Shown here: positions 22,429 to 33,600 of the stretch, in pieces
How positions within the stretch are numbered: position 1 is the first letter of the stretch
Layout: every line of letters begins with the position of its first letter
DNA from: an uncultured bacterium
Lineage (GTDB): Bacteria; Acidobacteriota; Thermoanaerobaculia; Multivoradales; JAHZIX01
DNA length: 64,000 nucleotides
Assembly: GCA_965368975.1 (NCBI GenBank)
Contig: CBDUPA010000018.1
Location: forward strand, 32,001-96,000
Direction: 5' to 3'
Made by a program: the position numbers and the translations under genes
Notes under the pieces: model-generated
What the model was told of the DNA's origin: nothing
What the model saw: the letters and a program-made list of their open reading frames with translations, nothing else
Databases searched by the model: none

Positions 22429-23250
22429 ATGCCCAAACTCAACGTCAATGGCGCCGAAGTTCACTACCAGGAACACGGGGCAGGTGAGCAGACGATCGTC
22501 TTCGCCCACGGCCTGCTCTTCGATGGCCGCTTGTTCGCGCCGCAGGTCGAGGCCTTGCAGGACCGGTACCGATGCATCACCTTCGACTTCCGTGGCCAGG
22601 GGCAGAGCGAGGTCACGCCCGACGGCTACGACATGGATACCCTGGCCGAGGACGCCGCGGCGTTGATCGAAGCGCTCGACTGCGGCCCGTGCCACTTCGC
22701 GGGCCTGTCGATGGGCGGCTTCATCGCTCTTCGCTTGGCGATCCACCGACCCGAGCTGCTGCGCTCGATCATGCTCCTGGACACTTCGGCCGATCCCGAA
22801 CCGGCCGACAACGTACCGCGCTATCGCCGGCTCAACTTCGTCGCCCGCTGGTTCGGCCTGCGCCTGGTTGCCGGCAAGGTGATGCCGATTCTCTTCAGCC
22901 AGAGCTTCCTGAACGACCCGCAGCGCCGCGACGAACAAGCCGAATACCGCCGACGCGTGATCGGCAATCATCGCCTCGGCATCAGTCGCGCGGTGCGCGG
23001 AGTCATCGAACGCCAAGGCGTCGCCGACGAGTTGCACCAGATCACGGTTCCAACCCTGATCCTGGTCGGCGAAGAGGACGTGGCGACGGTGCCCGCCAAG
23101 TCCGAGCGCCTGCACAGCTTGATCGCCGGCTCGCAGCTGGTCACGATCCCGGCTGCCGGCCACTCGTCGACCCTCGAGCAGCCGGCACGCGTCAATGCTG
23201 AATTAGAGAAATTCTTGCAAGACATGGCGGCGCAATCTCCGGCATGTTGA
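22429..23250 (+). CDS. Alpha/beta hydrolase (PcaD/enol-lactonase-like)
   Basis: FAHG, DFRGQGQS, GLSMGG nucleophile elbow, GEED, AGH. Confidence 0.9.
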   Translation: MPKLNVNGAEVHYQEHGAGEQTIVFAHGLLFDGRLFAPQVEALQDRYRCITFDFRGQGQSEVTPDGYDMDTLAEDAAALIEALDCGPCHFAGLSMGGFIALRLAIHRPELLRSIMLLDTSADPEPADNVPRYRRLNFVARWFGLRLVAGKVMPILFSQSFLNDPQRRDEQAEYRRRVIGNHRLGISRAVRGVIERQGVADELHQITVPTLILVGEEDVATVPAKSERLHSLIAGSQLVTIPAAGHSSTLEQPARVNAELEKFLQDMAAQSPAC

Positions 23251-23277
23251 CTAGAGAAAATTCAAACCACTCCACCT

Positions 23278-23307
23278 TGACAGCTGACAACGCACTGAGC
23301 TAGAACC
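23278..23307 (+). promoter_or_regulatory. Possible sigma70 promoter for the graspetide locus
   Basis: TTGACA-N18-TAGAAC in the A/T-richer gap upstream of precursor A. Confidence 0.4.
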
Positions 23308-23500
23308 AGTAGTATTCTCATCTATAGCGGCACCGGTCATTCCGGGCCTGCTCTCACCTCATCTTCTGTCGGGTCCTTCCTTTCAGGCTGTAGGCAGATC
23401 GTCCTTGCAAGCAGGGACAACGGTCTGGGCCACGCCTCGTCTACGAACGCCCGGGCGCTCCGAGCGTCTTCCGATAACCACCACCCAAGGAGGTAGGAGT

Positions 23501-23683
23501 ATGAAGAAGAGAATCCTCAGCCGATTGCTGGCCAAGGAACTGAGCACCGAAGAGTTGGGCATCCCGGCGGGCGGCACCGTTGTCGTCGCTCGGGCTGCCG
23601 CCGATGCCGATGGCGACGAGCCCAAGGGCCCGCCGGTCAGCACCCTGCTGGCAACCCTGCCGGACTACTCTGAGGACACCTGA
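23501..23683 (+). CDS. Graspetide precursor A, 60 aa
   Basis: RBS GGAGG; MKKRILSRLLAKELSTEELGIPAGG...GPPVSTLLATLPDYSEDT; adjacent to the ATP-grasp gene and paralogous to precursor B. Confidence 0.88.
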   Translation: MKKRILSRLLAKELSTEELGIPAGGTVVVARAAADADGDEPKGPPVSTLLATLPDYSEDT

Positions 23684-23693
23684 TCCCCGGCCA

Positions 23694-23764
23694 GGGCTCA
23701 CCGCATCGTTCCGGCGACCGAACTGCTCGACCGCAGTACGAATATCGGTCCGGGCGGTGAGCCC
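23694..23764 (+). other. Nested stem-loop downstream of precursor A
   Basis: GGGCTCACCGC (23694-23704) pairs with GCGGTGAGCCC (23754-23764); inner stem GACCGA/TCGGTC. Confidence 0.65.
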
Positions 23765-23826
23765 CTCTGACTCCCCTCTGACGAAGCTCGAACTTCACAT
23801 CCCGACTCCGGAGCTCGCAATCCACG

Positions 23827-25005
23827 ATGCCGCGCAAACGAATTCTGATCGTCTCTGAAGCGACCGACCTGCACGCCAATGCCATCGCCTACGCCCTGCG
23901 CAAGAAAGGGCACTTGTGCGAGTGCTTGTACACTCCCGATTTTCCGACTCTTCTCGGTGTTTCCATGAGGGTTGAACAGGAAGATTCCGCAGGCCGGTTT
24001 CATCTGCGCGGCCCAGGGCTCGAGAACGTCGACCAGAGTCAGCCGTTCGACACCGTCTGGCTCCGGCGGCCAGGCGCGCCTGTCATGCCGGACGACATGC
24101 ATCCAGGTGACCTGCAGATCGCGAGCCGGCAGTCCGAGCTGTTCCTGCTGGCGATCGCACCGTTCGTCGACCGGGATCCAAAGACCTTCTGGGTCAACCC
24201 GTATACCAGTGACCGCATCGCCGAACACAAGCCCTGTCAGTTGCGGACGGCCGCCGACTCGGGGCTGAAAATTCCCACCACGCTCTTCAGCAACGATCCG
24301 GTCGAGATCCGAGCCTTCTTCCGCGAGCACGGCGGCACGGTGGCGCACAAGCTCCTGCGCCCTGCCTCGTGGAGCGTTCAAGACGGCGACAAAGAACGCG
24401 TCTATGCGGCCTATACCGTACCTGTTGACGAAGACGACCTGCCCGAGGATGACGTCCTACGGCTCTGCCCGGGAATCTTCCAGCCGTACGTGGAGAAGGA
24501 CTTCGAAGTGCGCGCAGCCTGCCTCGGCGAGCATGTCGTCGCCGTGCGCATCAACTCGCAGACCGACGAACGAGCCGCCACCGACTGGCGAGCTGGTCAG
24601 ATCTACGTGGACATGGAGCCCTACGAGTTACCCGCCGACATCGCCGACGGTTGTCGACGTTTCCTCAAGACGATGAAACTCAACCATGCCTCGTTCGACT
24701 TCGTGGTCACACCGGAGGGGGAACACGTGTTCCTCGAGATCAACCCGCAGGGCCAGTTTCTGTTTCTCGAGACCCGTGCAGACCTGCCCCTCCTCGATAT
24801 GTTCTCCGAGTACCTGATCGCCGGCCGTCACGATTTCCAATGGCGGGAAGACCACGAAGTCATCCGCTTCTCCGAATTCGAGAAGACCTGGGACAGCACC
24901 TGGGCGGAGGTCACCGCCAAGCACAAGCGCCTGCGACGAGCCCTCGGAGCTCCTGAGAATTCGCGGGTCTCGGATGCTGAAGACGGTGGCTCGAATCCAA
25001 GCTGA
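23827..25005 (+). CDS. ATP-grasp peptide maturase (MvdC/MvdD-like graspetide synthetase)
   Basis: WLRRP, FWVNP, HKPCQLRTAADSGLKIPTTLFSNDP, FQPYVEKDFEVR, DWR, FDF, FLEINPQGQFLFLE. Confidence 0.92.
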   Translation: MPRKRILIVSEATDLHANAIAYALRKKGHLCECLYTPDFPTLLGVSMRVEQEDSAGRFHLRGPGLENVDQSQPFDTVWLRRPGAPVMPDDMHPGDLQIASRQSELFLLAIAPFVDRDPKTFWVNPYTSDRIAEHKPCQLRTAADSGLKIPTTLFSNDPVEIRAFFREHGGTVAHKLLRPASWSVQDGDKERVYAAYTVPVDEDDLPEDDVLRLCPGIFQPYVEKDFEVRAACLGEHVVAVRINSQTDERAATDWRAGQIYVDMEPYELPADIADGCRRFLKTMKLNHASFDFVVTPEGEHVFLEINPQGQFLFLETRADLPLLDMFSEYLIAGRHDFQWREDHEVIRFSEFEKTWDSTWAEVTAKHKRLRRALGAPENSRVSDAEDGGSNPS

Positions 25006-25061
25006 AGTTCATTCGGAGCGTCCGAATGATGGAAAGGCAACCCTTTTGAGGAGGAATTCAC

Positions 25062-25250
25062 ATGAAGAAGCGCATTCTCGGCCGCATGCTCGCCAGAGAG
25101 CTGTCGTTGGAAGAACTGGGCATCCCCGCGGGCGGTACGATCATCGCCGCCAGGTCGCTCGACGCCGATGCTGGCGGTGACGACGGAGACCAGGGCCCAC
25201 CGATCAGCACCCTGGCGCTGACGCTGCCGGACTACACGGAAGACGCCTGA
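25062..25250 (+). CDS. Graspetide precursor B, 62 aa
   Basis: RBS GAGGAGG; MKKRILGRMLARELSLEELGIPAGG...GPPISTLALTLPDYTEDA. Confidence 0.88.
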   Translation: MKKRILGRMLARELSLEELGIPAGGTIIAARSLDADAGGDDGDQGPPISTLALTLPDYTEDA

Positions 25251-25258
25251 CGTCTTCC

Positions 25259-25295
25259 AGCCCACCGCTCTGTCCCCGAGGCCGGGCGGTGGGCT
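25259..25295 (+). terminator. Hairpin after precursor B
   Basis: AGCCCACCGC...GCGGTGGGCT followed by a pyrimidine run. Confidence 0.6.
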
Positions 25296-25391
25296 CCCTT
25301 CCTATCTCAGAAGCACCACAAGATGCCATAGACAGGGTCTGGACCGGGCACGCACGCTTTCTCGCGTTGTTCGCAGAGGGAGTGACTTGTC

Positions 25392-27437
25392 ATGAGTTCA
25401 GCAAGAGACTCGAAGCAGTATAGCAACTACCAGGAGTTGATCCTCCGCCTTGAGCCGGATGGAAGGGGCGGTTTTTGCGCACACGCGCAGTTGCCGGAGA
25501 ATGGCGGCTCAGCGTCGTTCGAGCCACCGTTCCGCCCCAGCGAGTTGGTCGAATTCAATCGCGGCATCAGACGCTCTGCGTCGGCAGCGGAACAGGGGAC
25601 GTACTCTCGCCCTCTGCTACCAGCCCGCGAACTCGGAGAACAGCTGTTCCGCAGCCTCTTCCATGGCCAAATCAAGCGCAGTTTCGATCGCCTCCTCGGA
25701 AGTCTAGAGCAGGGCGGCCGGGATCGACTACGCCTGCGCCTACTCTTCGATCCAAGTCAGCCGGGAATCGCCGAGCACGCGTCCTTGCCCTGGGAACTGC
25801 TCTACGACAGCAACTCGGGCGGCTTCCTGGGGCAGCGGTTGGACTTTTCGGTAGTGCGCCGCCTGGGAACCCCCGTGCGCTGCAGCCAATCTACCCGCAC
25901 CGGCCGATTGCGGGTACTGGTCGCCAAAGCTCAGACCTCGCACCATCTCGACCTGAAGTCCGAGGAACTCAAGATCCGCCAGGCTTGGGAGCAACATGGC
26001 CGGGTCAGCGTGGATGTCTTCCGCGCCACCGACCGCGACTCTCTGCGCGATAAGCTCCGTTCACGCAACTATCACGTAGTGCACTTCATGGGGCATGGCG
26101 ACTACGATCCGAGCACCGGCCGTGGGCACTTGCTCCTCGAAGGCAAGGGCAGTGAGCCGGAATCACTGACAGCCAAAGTACTGGCGAACGATCTCAGTGA
26201 TCTCCCCACACGCTTGGTGGTGCTCAACACCTGCCTCAGTGGTTATCACTCTTGCCGGCAAGACCATGATCCCTACAACGGCATCGCAACCGCCCTGGTG
26301 CAGCACGGCGTGCCAGCAGTGGTCGCCATGCAGTTCCGAATCACCGATGCAGCCGCTATCGCTTTCAGCGGAGCTTTCTACCGAGCTCTGGCACGCAGCG
26401 AACCGATCGATGCCGCGATGGTGGAAGGCCGCAAGGCGATCTACAGCCGCGACGAGACGTCCGTGGAATGGGCGATCCCGGCACTCTTCCTAAGTGTCGA
26501 CGACGGGCACCTCTTCGACCTGAAAAGCAACCCTTACCGCACGGCCTCACTACCGCCGCCGCCCGTTCTTCCCGCCAAAGTAAGTCGCTCTCCGCGCCAC
26601 GGCCTGGCACTCGGCGCTATGGCCGCTTCCCTGCTCGCCTTGATTGGCGCGGGAATCTCGCAGTGGGACCGCGCCGAGCGACAGCACTTCGCCTCTCCGT
26701 CAGCGGTCTCGATGCAACTAGAATCAACTCTCTTCTCCGCCGCCGACAACCCGCCACAGTGCCCATCTCCGCCGGACCTCGATATGGCTTTCGTCTTCAT
26801 TCCACCCGGCAGTGCCAGCATCGGCAGCACCTCGCCGGAAGATCATCACCCCTTGGAACCGACCCACTTCCAACTCCGGAAAGGACTGTGCGTAGGCAAG
26901 ACCGAAGTCACCGAGACGCAGTGGAATCGCCTCGGGGAGCCGCACACGGGAGACTTCCACGAGGGTGATTACCCAATCACGGGTATCTCGCGAGAAGAAG
27001 TATCCGGGTTCCTACGCCGCGCCAACCACAACGACCTGCACGAGCAGAGGGTCCGCTTGCCGACCGATGAGGAGTGGGAGTACATCCTGCGCGCGAACAC
27101 AGCCACCCCCTACTTCTTCGGCAGCGACCCAGCTCTACTACCCAAGTATGGTAACTGTAAGGCTCCGGGCTACGAGAACGAAGATGGCTTCGACCGACCG
27201 GCTCCAGTGGGTGAATTCCAGCCCAACCCTTTCGGCATCTATGGTCTGGTCGGCAATGTCTTCGAATGGGTTACATCTGACGCTCCTGATGTCGAACCGG
27301 GACAGGCCGTGCGACGCGGCGGCAGCTACCAGAGCACGAAGATGTGCCGCTCAGCGTCTCGCAGCATTGTCAGCGCCTCCTGGAAACACCACGACAGTGG
27401 ATTCCGCCTAGTGCGAGATCCGGTCGCTGTACCTTGA
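25392..27437 (+). CDS. CHAT (caspase-like) domain - TM - FGE/SUMF1 domain protein
   Basis: LPWELL, HVVHFMGHG and VLNTC (His/Cys dyad), VVAMQ; TM LALGAMAASLLALIGAGI; FGE motifs TEVT, RLPTDEEWEY, PNPFGIYGLVGNVFEW, RGGS, GFR. Confidence 0.9.
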   Translation: MSSARDSKQYSNYQELILRLEPDGRGGFCAHAQLPENGGSASFEPPFRPSELVEFNRGIRRSASAAEQGTYSRPLLPARELGEQLFRSLFHGQIKRSFDRLLGSLEQGGRDRLRLRLLFDPSQPGIAEHASLPWELLYDSNSGGFLGQRLDFSVVRRLGTPVRCSQSTRTGRLRVLVAKAQTSHHLDLKSEELKIRQAWEQHGRVSVDVFRATDRDSLRDKLRSRNYHVVHFMGHGDYDPSTGRGHLLLEGKGSEPESLTAKVLANDLSDLPTRLVVLNTCLSGYHSCRQDHDPYNGIATALVQHGVPAVVAMQFRITDAAAIAFSGAFYRALARSEPIDAAMVEGRKAIYSRDETSVEWAIPALFLSVDDGHLFDLKSNPYRTASLPPPPVLPAKVSRSPRHGLALGAMAASLLALIGAGISQWDRAERQHFASPSAVSMQLESTLFSAADNPPQCPSPPDLDMAFVFIPPGSASIGSTSPEDHHPLEPTHFQLRKGLCVGKTEVTETQWNRLGEPHTGDFHEGDYPITGISREEVSGFLRRANHNDLHEQRVRLPTDEEWEYILRANTATPYFFGSDPALLPKYGNCKAPGYENEDGFDRPAPVGEFQPNPFGIYGLVGNVFEWVTSDAPDVEPGQAVRRGGSYQSTKMCRSASRSIVSASWKHHDSGFRLVRDPVAVP

Positions 27438-27550
27438 AGTCTGCTCCGGGTGCACCGGCCTAGAACGACCTTCTGTGCTTGCGCAGCGGAGCCGATGCAG
27501 ACGAACAGAAAGAGAGCCACCACGGCAGACGAAACTAGATAGCGGCGTAT
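27326..27550 (-). pseudogene. Possible 5' remnant of a secreted-protein gene with an ATA start
   Basis: GAGGAGG-TCTC-ATA, then RRYLVSSAVVALFLFVCIGSAAQA/QK (signal-peptide-like); the frame then runs antisense into the end of the CHAT gene. Confidence 0.4.
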
Positions 27551-27639
27551 GAGACCTCCTCAATGGGCACTAGACGCACGAACAACGCCGGAAGACTGGA
27601 TGCCCCCCGGCGCTGAGTGCACATCGAGTTCGTGCCCGC

Positions 27640-30600
27640 CTACCTCGCCGTTGGCTGCAGGCGGCGACGCCGTCGCAGCGATCGCAACGCCGCAGTGGCG
27701 AGGAGCAGAACCAGCAGAATCAGCCCCCACTCGCCGAGCGTCGGGATCTCCAGCACGCTGCCGGTGATCTGCACGATCGTCGGGTCCTCATTGTCCCCCG
27801 GGTCGCCGTTGCCATCCGGGTCGGACGAACCGCCGTCCTGGCTCGTGTCGGTAACCGGGGAGCCCGCCGGGCTGGTGCCGGTACCGATGCTGGAGCACTC
27901 GTAGGTATCCGTGACACCACCGGTGTTGACGCGCACCTCCAGCTCGACCGTACCGCTCTCTCCCACACCCAGGTTGTTGCCAGCAAACAGCAGGTCGATC
28001 ACGGTGTCACCGTCGAAACCGGTGTTCACCACGAAGTCGCTACTGGTCAGGCTGAGCAGCTGGAAGAAAGCGGCGCGCTGGAAGGCGGTAGCCAGGTCAG
28101 CGTTGGCGTTGACGTTGCTCAACGGCACGTTGCCCAGGTTCTCCAGGCGCACCGCGAAGGTGACGACCGCGGCACCACCGCCCTCGTCGACGAAGGTGAT
28201 GACCTCCTTGGCCACACCCAGCTTCGGATCTTCGACGCCGACGGCCACCACGTAGTCTTCGACTTCACCGTCCGCGGCCTGGCCGGTCGGTGTCAAGCCG
28301 CCAGCGGAGCTGATGCGAATGCGCGCACAGCTGCTACCGTCTGGACTGCCGACGGGGACCGGGAAGGTGACGGCCGAGGTCGAGTTGGCAGCCATCGCCA
28401 GGTCCGCCACGACCTGCTCACCAGGATCGTTCCAGGAGCCGTTGAGGTTGAAGTCGACCCAGGCACTGACGACACCACCGGTGGCGCCGGTGCGCAGTTC
28501 GATGTCCGCGTCGGCCCCTGGGATCAGCGCGCCGAAGAAGCTGACGCCGTCCTCGTCGTCGCTGCCGTCCTGGTCGTCGCCCAGGTGGTTGGCGCTCTGC
28601 AGACCCTCCAGCTCGCTGTCGACCAGACTACCCAGGGTCGGGTTGCCGGTCGGTAGCACGAAGTGGCGGGCACCATCCTGCGCCAGGGTGGTCGGGTACG
28701 CTGGGTCCGGTGCATCGCCGAAGTCGCGGCCGAGCTGGACGTTGACTACATAGTCTTCGACTTCACCATCTGCCGCCGGTCCACCACTGCCGGCGACGCC
28801 GGTGGTACTGAGGCGGAAGCGGGCGTAAGTGTCGCCACCCACGGTGTCGCAGGGAACGGTGAAGCTCACCGTCTGGCTACCGGCACTGACCGCGAAGCCG
28901 GTCAGGATGCGATCCGTCGCAGCACTGAAGTCACCATCGGCGCCAAAGTCGATCCAGGCGTCGAGCAGACCCGTGGCCGAGGCGACGACGGTCAGGTCGG
29001 CGCTCTCGCAGGCGATGATGTCTGTGGCAAAGGTAACGCCGTCCTCGTCGTCGTTGCCGCTGCAGGTACCGAGACTCGCGTCGGCCGCGCCCAGGTCGTC
29101 GCCGTCGGCATCGACGCTGTTCTGGCCATCGCCTTCGGCGTCCACACAGGCACCCAAGAAGAGGCCGCTGGCGGGATCGAGGGCATGAACGGCACCGCCG
29201 CTGGCAGTGGTCGTGGCGTAGCTATCCGGCAGGTCACCGTAGTCGAAGGCTTCGAGGGTAGCCGGGTGGTCCTCCACTTCGCCGTCCATCGACGGACCGG
29301 TGAAGCTCAAGCCACCGGTCGAGCTGAGACGCCAGCGCGAGGCCGTGGTGCGTGGCTCGAGACCGCACGGCACGCTGAAGCTCAGCGTCTGCGTACCAGC
29401 GGCCACCGCCTGGAAGGTGAACACCTGCTCGTCCGCATCGGCGAAGTCGCCGTCGCCGTTGAAGTCGATCCAGGCGTCGAGCACACCGGGGAGCGAAGCC
29501 GTGACTTCCACGTCGGCGCTCTGGCAGACCAGGATCCCACCAGGGAAACTGACGCCGTCTTCGTCGTCACCGCCACTGCAGCTGCCGGTAACCGTGGTGC
29601 CGGACGTCAAGTCGTCGCCGTCGAGACCGGCACTCGGTGCACCGTCGACCTCGGTATCGACGCAGCTGCCGAGGTAGAAGCCGGCCGCTGGGTCGATGCC
29701 GTGGGTCGGACCGTTGGCCGAGGCCAGGGTGCCGTAGGACGCCGGGGCGTCGCCGAAGTCGACGGCCTTGAGCTGCAGCGGATGATCTTCCACTTCACCG
29801 TCCATGGTGAAGCCACCGATACCGAGTCCGCCGGTGGAGCTGAAGCGCCAGCGACTGTAGGACGCACCCGGCACCGCGTTGCACGGCACCGCGACGCTCA
29901 GGTTGTTGGCGCCGGCACCGAGCACGCGGTTCAGGAACACCTGCTCACCCAGGTCGCCGAAGTCGCCGTCTCGGTTGAAGTCGATCCAGGCATCGAGGCG
30001 GCCGCCGCTGCCGGCGGTGACCTGGACGCTGGCCACCTGGCAGGCGATCACCATCGAGGTGAAGACAACGCCGTCTTCGTCGTCGCCGCCCGTGCAAGTA
30101 CCGGCGGTACCGCTACCCGCGTTGGCGTCGTCGCCGCTGGCGTCGAACGGTGCCTGGGCATCGGTCTCGGTGTCGGCACAGGTGCCCAGGTAGAGGTTGG
30201 ACGTCGGATCGACGCCGTGACGCGGCCCGCCGCTCGCCTCGGTAGTGGTGTAGCTGTCGGGTGCGTCGCCGTAATCGTTGCCCTTGATCACCAGCGCGTA
30301 GTCCTCGACTTCACCGTCGGCAGCGGCACCGCCGAAGCTGGTGCCGACGCCAGCTGTGCTGACGCGGAAACGCGCGTAGGTAATGCCAACGGTGGCGTCG
30401 GCCGGTACCACCAGGTTGAGCACGTTAGCACCCGGTAGCAGTGCCTGGTCGTTGGCGATCTGCTCACCGATGCCGGTGAACTGGCCGTCGCCGTTCCAGT
30501 CGATCCAGGCGCTGAGCAGGCTGGGCAGCGACGCGGTGACGGTGAGCTGGGCCGCTTCGCGCACCACGAACATGGTGTCGAAGCGCACGCCGTCTTCGTC

Positions 30601-33600
30601 GTCGGCGCACGAGGCGGTACTACCGGCGGTGAAGGTGAGGTCATCGCCGAGACCGTTCAGGGACGCGGCCGGTGCGTCGGCTTCACCGTCGACGCAGGCA
30701 CCGAGGATCGGCGTGACACCGGGATCGAAAGGATGCGACGGACCACCAGAGGCGGCGAGCGTCGTGTAGCTGTCCGGCGCGTCGCCGTAGTCGATGCCAA
30801 CCACCCGCACCAGGTGGTCTTCGACCTCGCCGTCGGGTGCTGGCCCGGTGGGAGGTAGCCCCGCGGCGGTCGAGCAGCGGAAGCGGGCGTAGGTCCAGCC
30901 GGACGGGGCACCGACCGGCACCGCGGGCGACAGCACGGTGCTGCCGCCGGAAGCAATCACGACATCGGCCGCGATCTGTTCGCTCCCCTCGAAGACACCG
31001 CTCTGGTTCCAGTCGACCCAGGCGTTGAGCGTGCAGGGGACGGCGCCCGCGGTACTGTTGGCGCGCACGGTGAAGTTGGCCACGCTTCCAGCGCTGAAGG
31101 GACTGGTGAAGGTGACGCCGTCTTCGTCGTCACCACCCGGCACGCAACTGGGGCTACCGACCGTGGCCCCGATAGGAGCGCCGAGGTCGTCGGCGTCGGC
31201 AAAGATGTTCTGCGCCGATCCAGTGTCGGCGTCGACACAATCACCGAGCAGCGGATTGGACGCGATCAGCTCATGGTACGGGCCACCGTCGAGGGCAGTG
31301 GTGGCGTAGTTCCCCGGCCCGGTCCCAGTACCAGCATCCGGAGCATCGCCGTAGTCGAAGGTCGCGGCGGAGCCGTTGCGGAAGCCGAAGTCGACGCTCA
31401 AGTTGGTGTCGTTGTCGCCGTCGCCATCGTTGGTCGGTTCGCCGCCGTTGCTCAGGGTCACCGGCACGTTGTAGAGCACGGCACCGGTCAGGTCGGCGTT
31501 GTCGTCGTTGTCGACATCGTCGTCGGGATCGGGCGCCGGGCTGTTACCGGTGGCCGTCGACTTGCCTTCGAGCGGTCCACCAGACAGGAAGTTGAGGGCC
31601 GCGACCTCGACTACATAGTCGCCCGCCGGCAGATTGGCGAAGGCGTAGCGTCCGTCGTTGCCGGCCTGGGTGAAGGTCAGCGTCGAACCGAAATACTCGC
31701 CGGGCTGCGGCAGACCGTCGCTATTGTCGTCGCGGTAGAGGTTGAGCCGCACGCCGTTGACGCCACTCTCCCCCGCCCCGGGGTCGAAGACGCCGTTGTC
31801 GTCGCTGGCGTCGGCCACCAGGTCGCCATTGTCGTCGCACCACACGAGGTTGCCGAGCGCCAGGGAGCCACTGGGGCGGATCAGACCGGCGTCCAGGGTC
31901 AGGTTGGCGTCACCGGCCACCAGCACCACGACAGCACTGGAGCCCCCATTGATACCGCCGCCCGTGTCGGCGTCCGAGTCGACGCTATCGTCACCACCGG
32001 CGTCGCGGCTGGTGAAGCCGGTAGCGCTGGGCGGCAGCACGAAGCGCACAAAGTAACCACCCGGCGGCAGATCTTCGAACAGGTAGTAGCCGGGAGCAGC
32101 GAAAGCATCATCGGCTGTCGCCTGCACCTCGACCGGCGGACCATCGTCGCCCCCCGGTTCCGGCGTACCGTCACCGTCAGCGTCCTCGTAGAGTTCGACG
32201 GTGACACCGTTGACGCCTTCAGCCACTGGCTCGTCCTGGACGCCATCGGCGTCGAGGTCGAACCAGACGTAGTTGCCCAGCGATGCAGTGGTCGGCGGCA
32301 GCAGACCGAGGTCGAGCGTCGGGTTGTCTTCACCCGGCCCGAGGCTGACCAGCGGCGTGCACAGCAGCAGTGGGTCGACATCGGAATCCAGGGCGTCGTT
32401 GCCGCCCTGGTCGGGGGCCGTGACGTCGAAGTTCGTCGGCGGCGTGAACTCGACGTAGTAAGAGGCAGGCGTCAGGTCCGAGAAGAGGTACCAACCCGGG
32501 TTACCGAACATATCGTCCGCGGTGATCGAGTTGGCGACCAGAACATCGTCTCCAGTCTTGGCCACGCCGTCGGGACCCGGCGAGTAGAGGCGGACAGGCA
32601 CGTCGTTGACGCCGGTCGGACCGTCGTCCTGGATACCGTTGCCATTCGTGTCCAGCCACACGAAGTCGCCCAGGCTAGAGGTCGGCGGCGCCTTGGCGAT
32701 GATGCCGACCTTGAGCGGCTCGGCGTTCAGCGTGCCACCATCGACGCGCGTGCCCTGGTACCCAAAGGAGTTCCAGGCGATATCGCCGGCCGCGGGCGTC
32801 ACCAGGCTGGCGGCCAGGGGTACGTCCGAGGGCGCGATCATGCGCCACTGGAAGTCGAGAGTATCGAGCGGGTTGAGCACGCGGCTACCGAACTCGACTT
32901 TGAAAGCACGCACCGAGCTGATCGGCGACGGCGGTACCGTCGTCCAACCGGGCGGGTCGCAGCCGCTCACCGGGCCGCCGACCTCGGGCCGGCATGGATT
33001 CGGTGAGGTGCTGTAGAACACCGCACCGCCCGGCGGCGGCGTGATCGGACCAACCAGGATCGGCGCCCAGAACGAGTCGCGCGGGTTGAGATCGAGCACG
33101 CCGGTATCCCCCACCTCGGGCAGGATGTCGACGATCACGAAGCCGGTCACCGGCACGGTGCCGACATTGGTCACCGTCTCTCGGTAGTCGATCAAGCCGC
33201 CAGGCACGGTGACACCGAAGTTCGGGAACTTAGTGAACCCGACGTCGCACTGCCCCTGCACCAGCTTTTCGGAGGTCAGCTGCGCCACCGCGGCGATGGT
33301 GAAGTTCTCGTTGTCGCGGCACAGCCTGTCGGCCGTCGAGGCGTCACCGTCTTGGTCCAACGTGTCGGTGTCCGAGCCCCCGGAACAGCGCACCAAGACG
33401 CCGGGGGTGTTGTGGGTCTGGCTGCCCGTGTTGGTCAGCGTGCCGCTGATCACGCCGGTGAGCACCTCGGCATCGAAACGGACGTCGATGTTCTGGCCAG
33501 GCGCGATGGTGCCCGAGAGTGTCCAGCGCAGCAGGGTGCTGCCGGCGCCGTCGAAGTTGGGTAGAACCTCGAAATTGGCCACCGTGACACCCGTGCCGTT

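Noticed and set aside
22429-23250. Hydrolase as leader peptidase for neighbouring precursors
   Set aside because: It looks like a generic PcaD-type hydrolase with no RRE and is separated from the graspetide locus by a probable promoter; no positive evidence.
23392-23409. sigma54 promoter before graspetide precursor A
   Set aside because: GG to GC spacing is 12 rather than the required 10.
27280-27640. Diversity-generating retroelement targeting the FGE domain C-terminus
   Set aside because: I saw no template-repeat copy of this region and no reverse transcriptase in the window.
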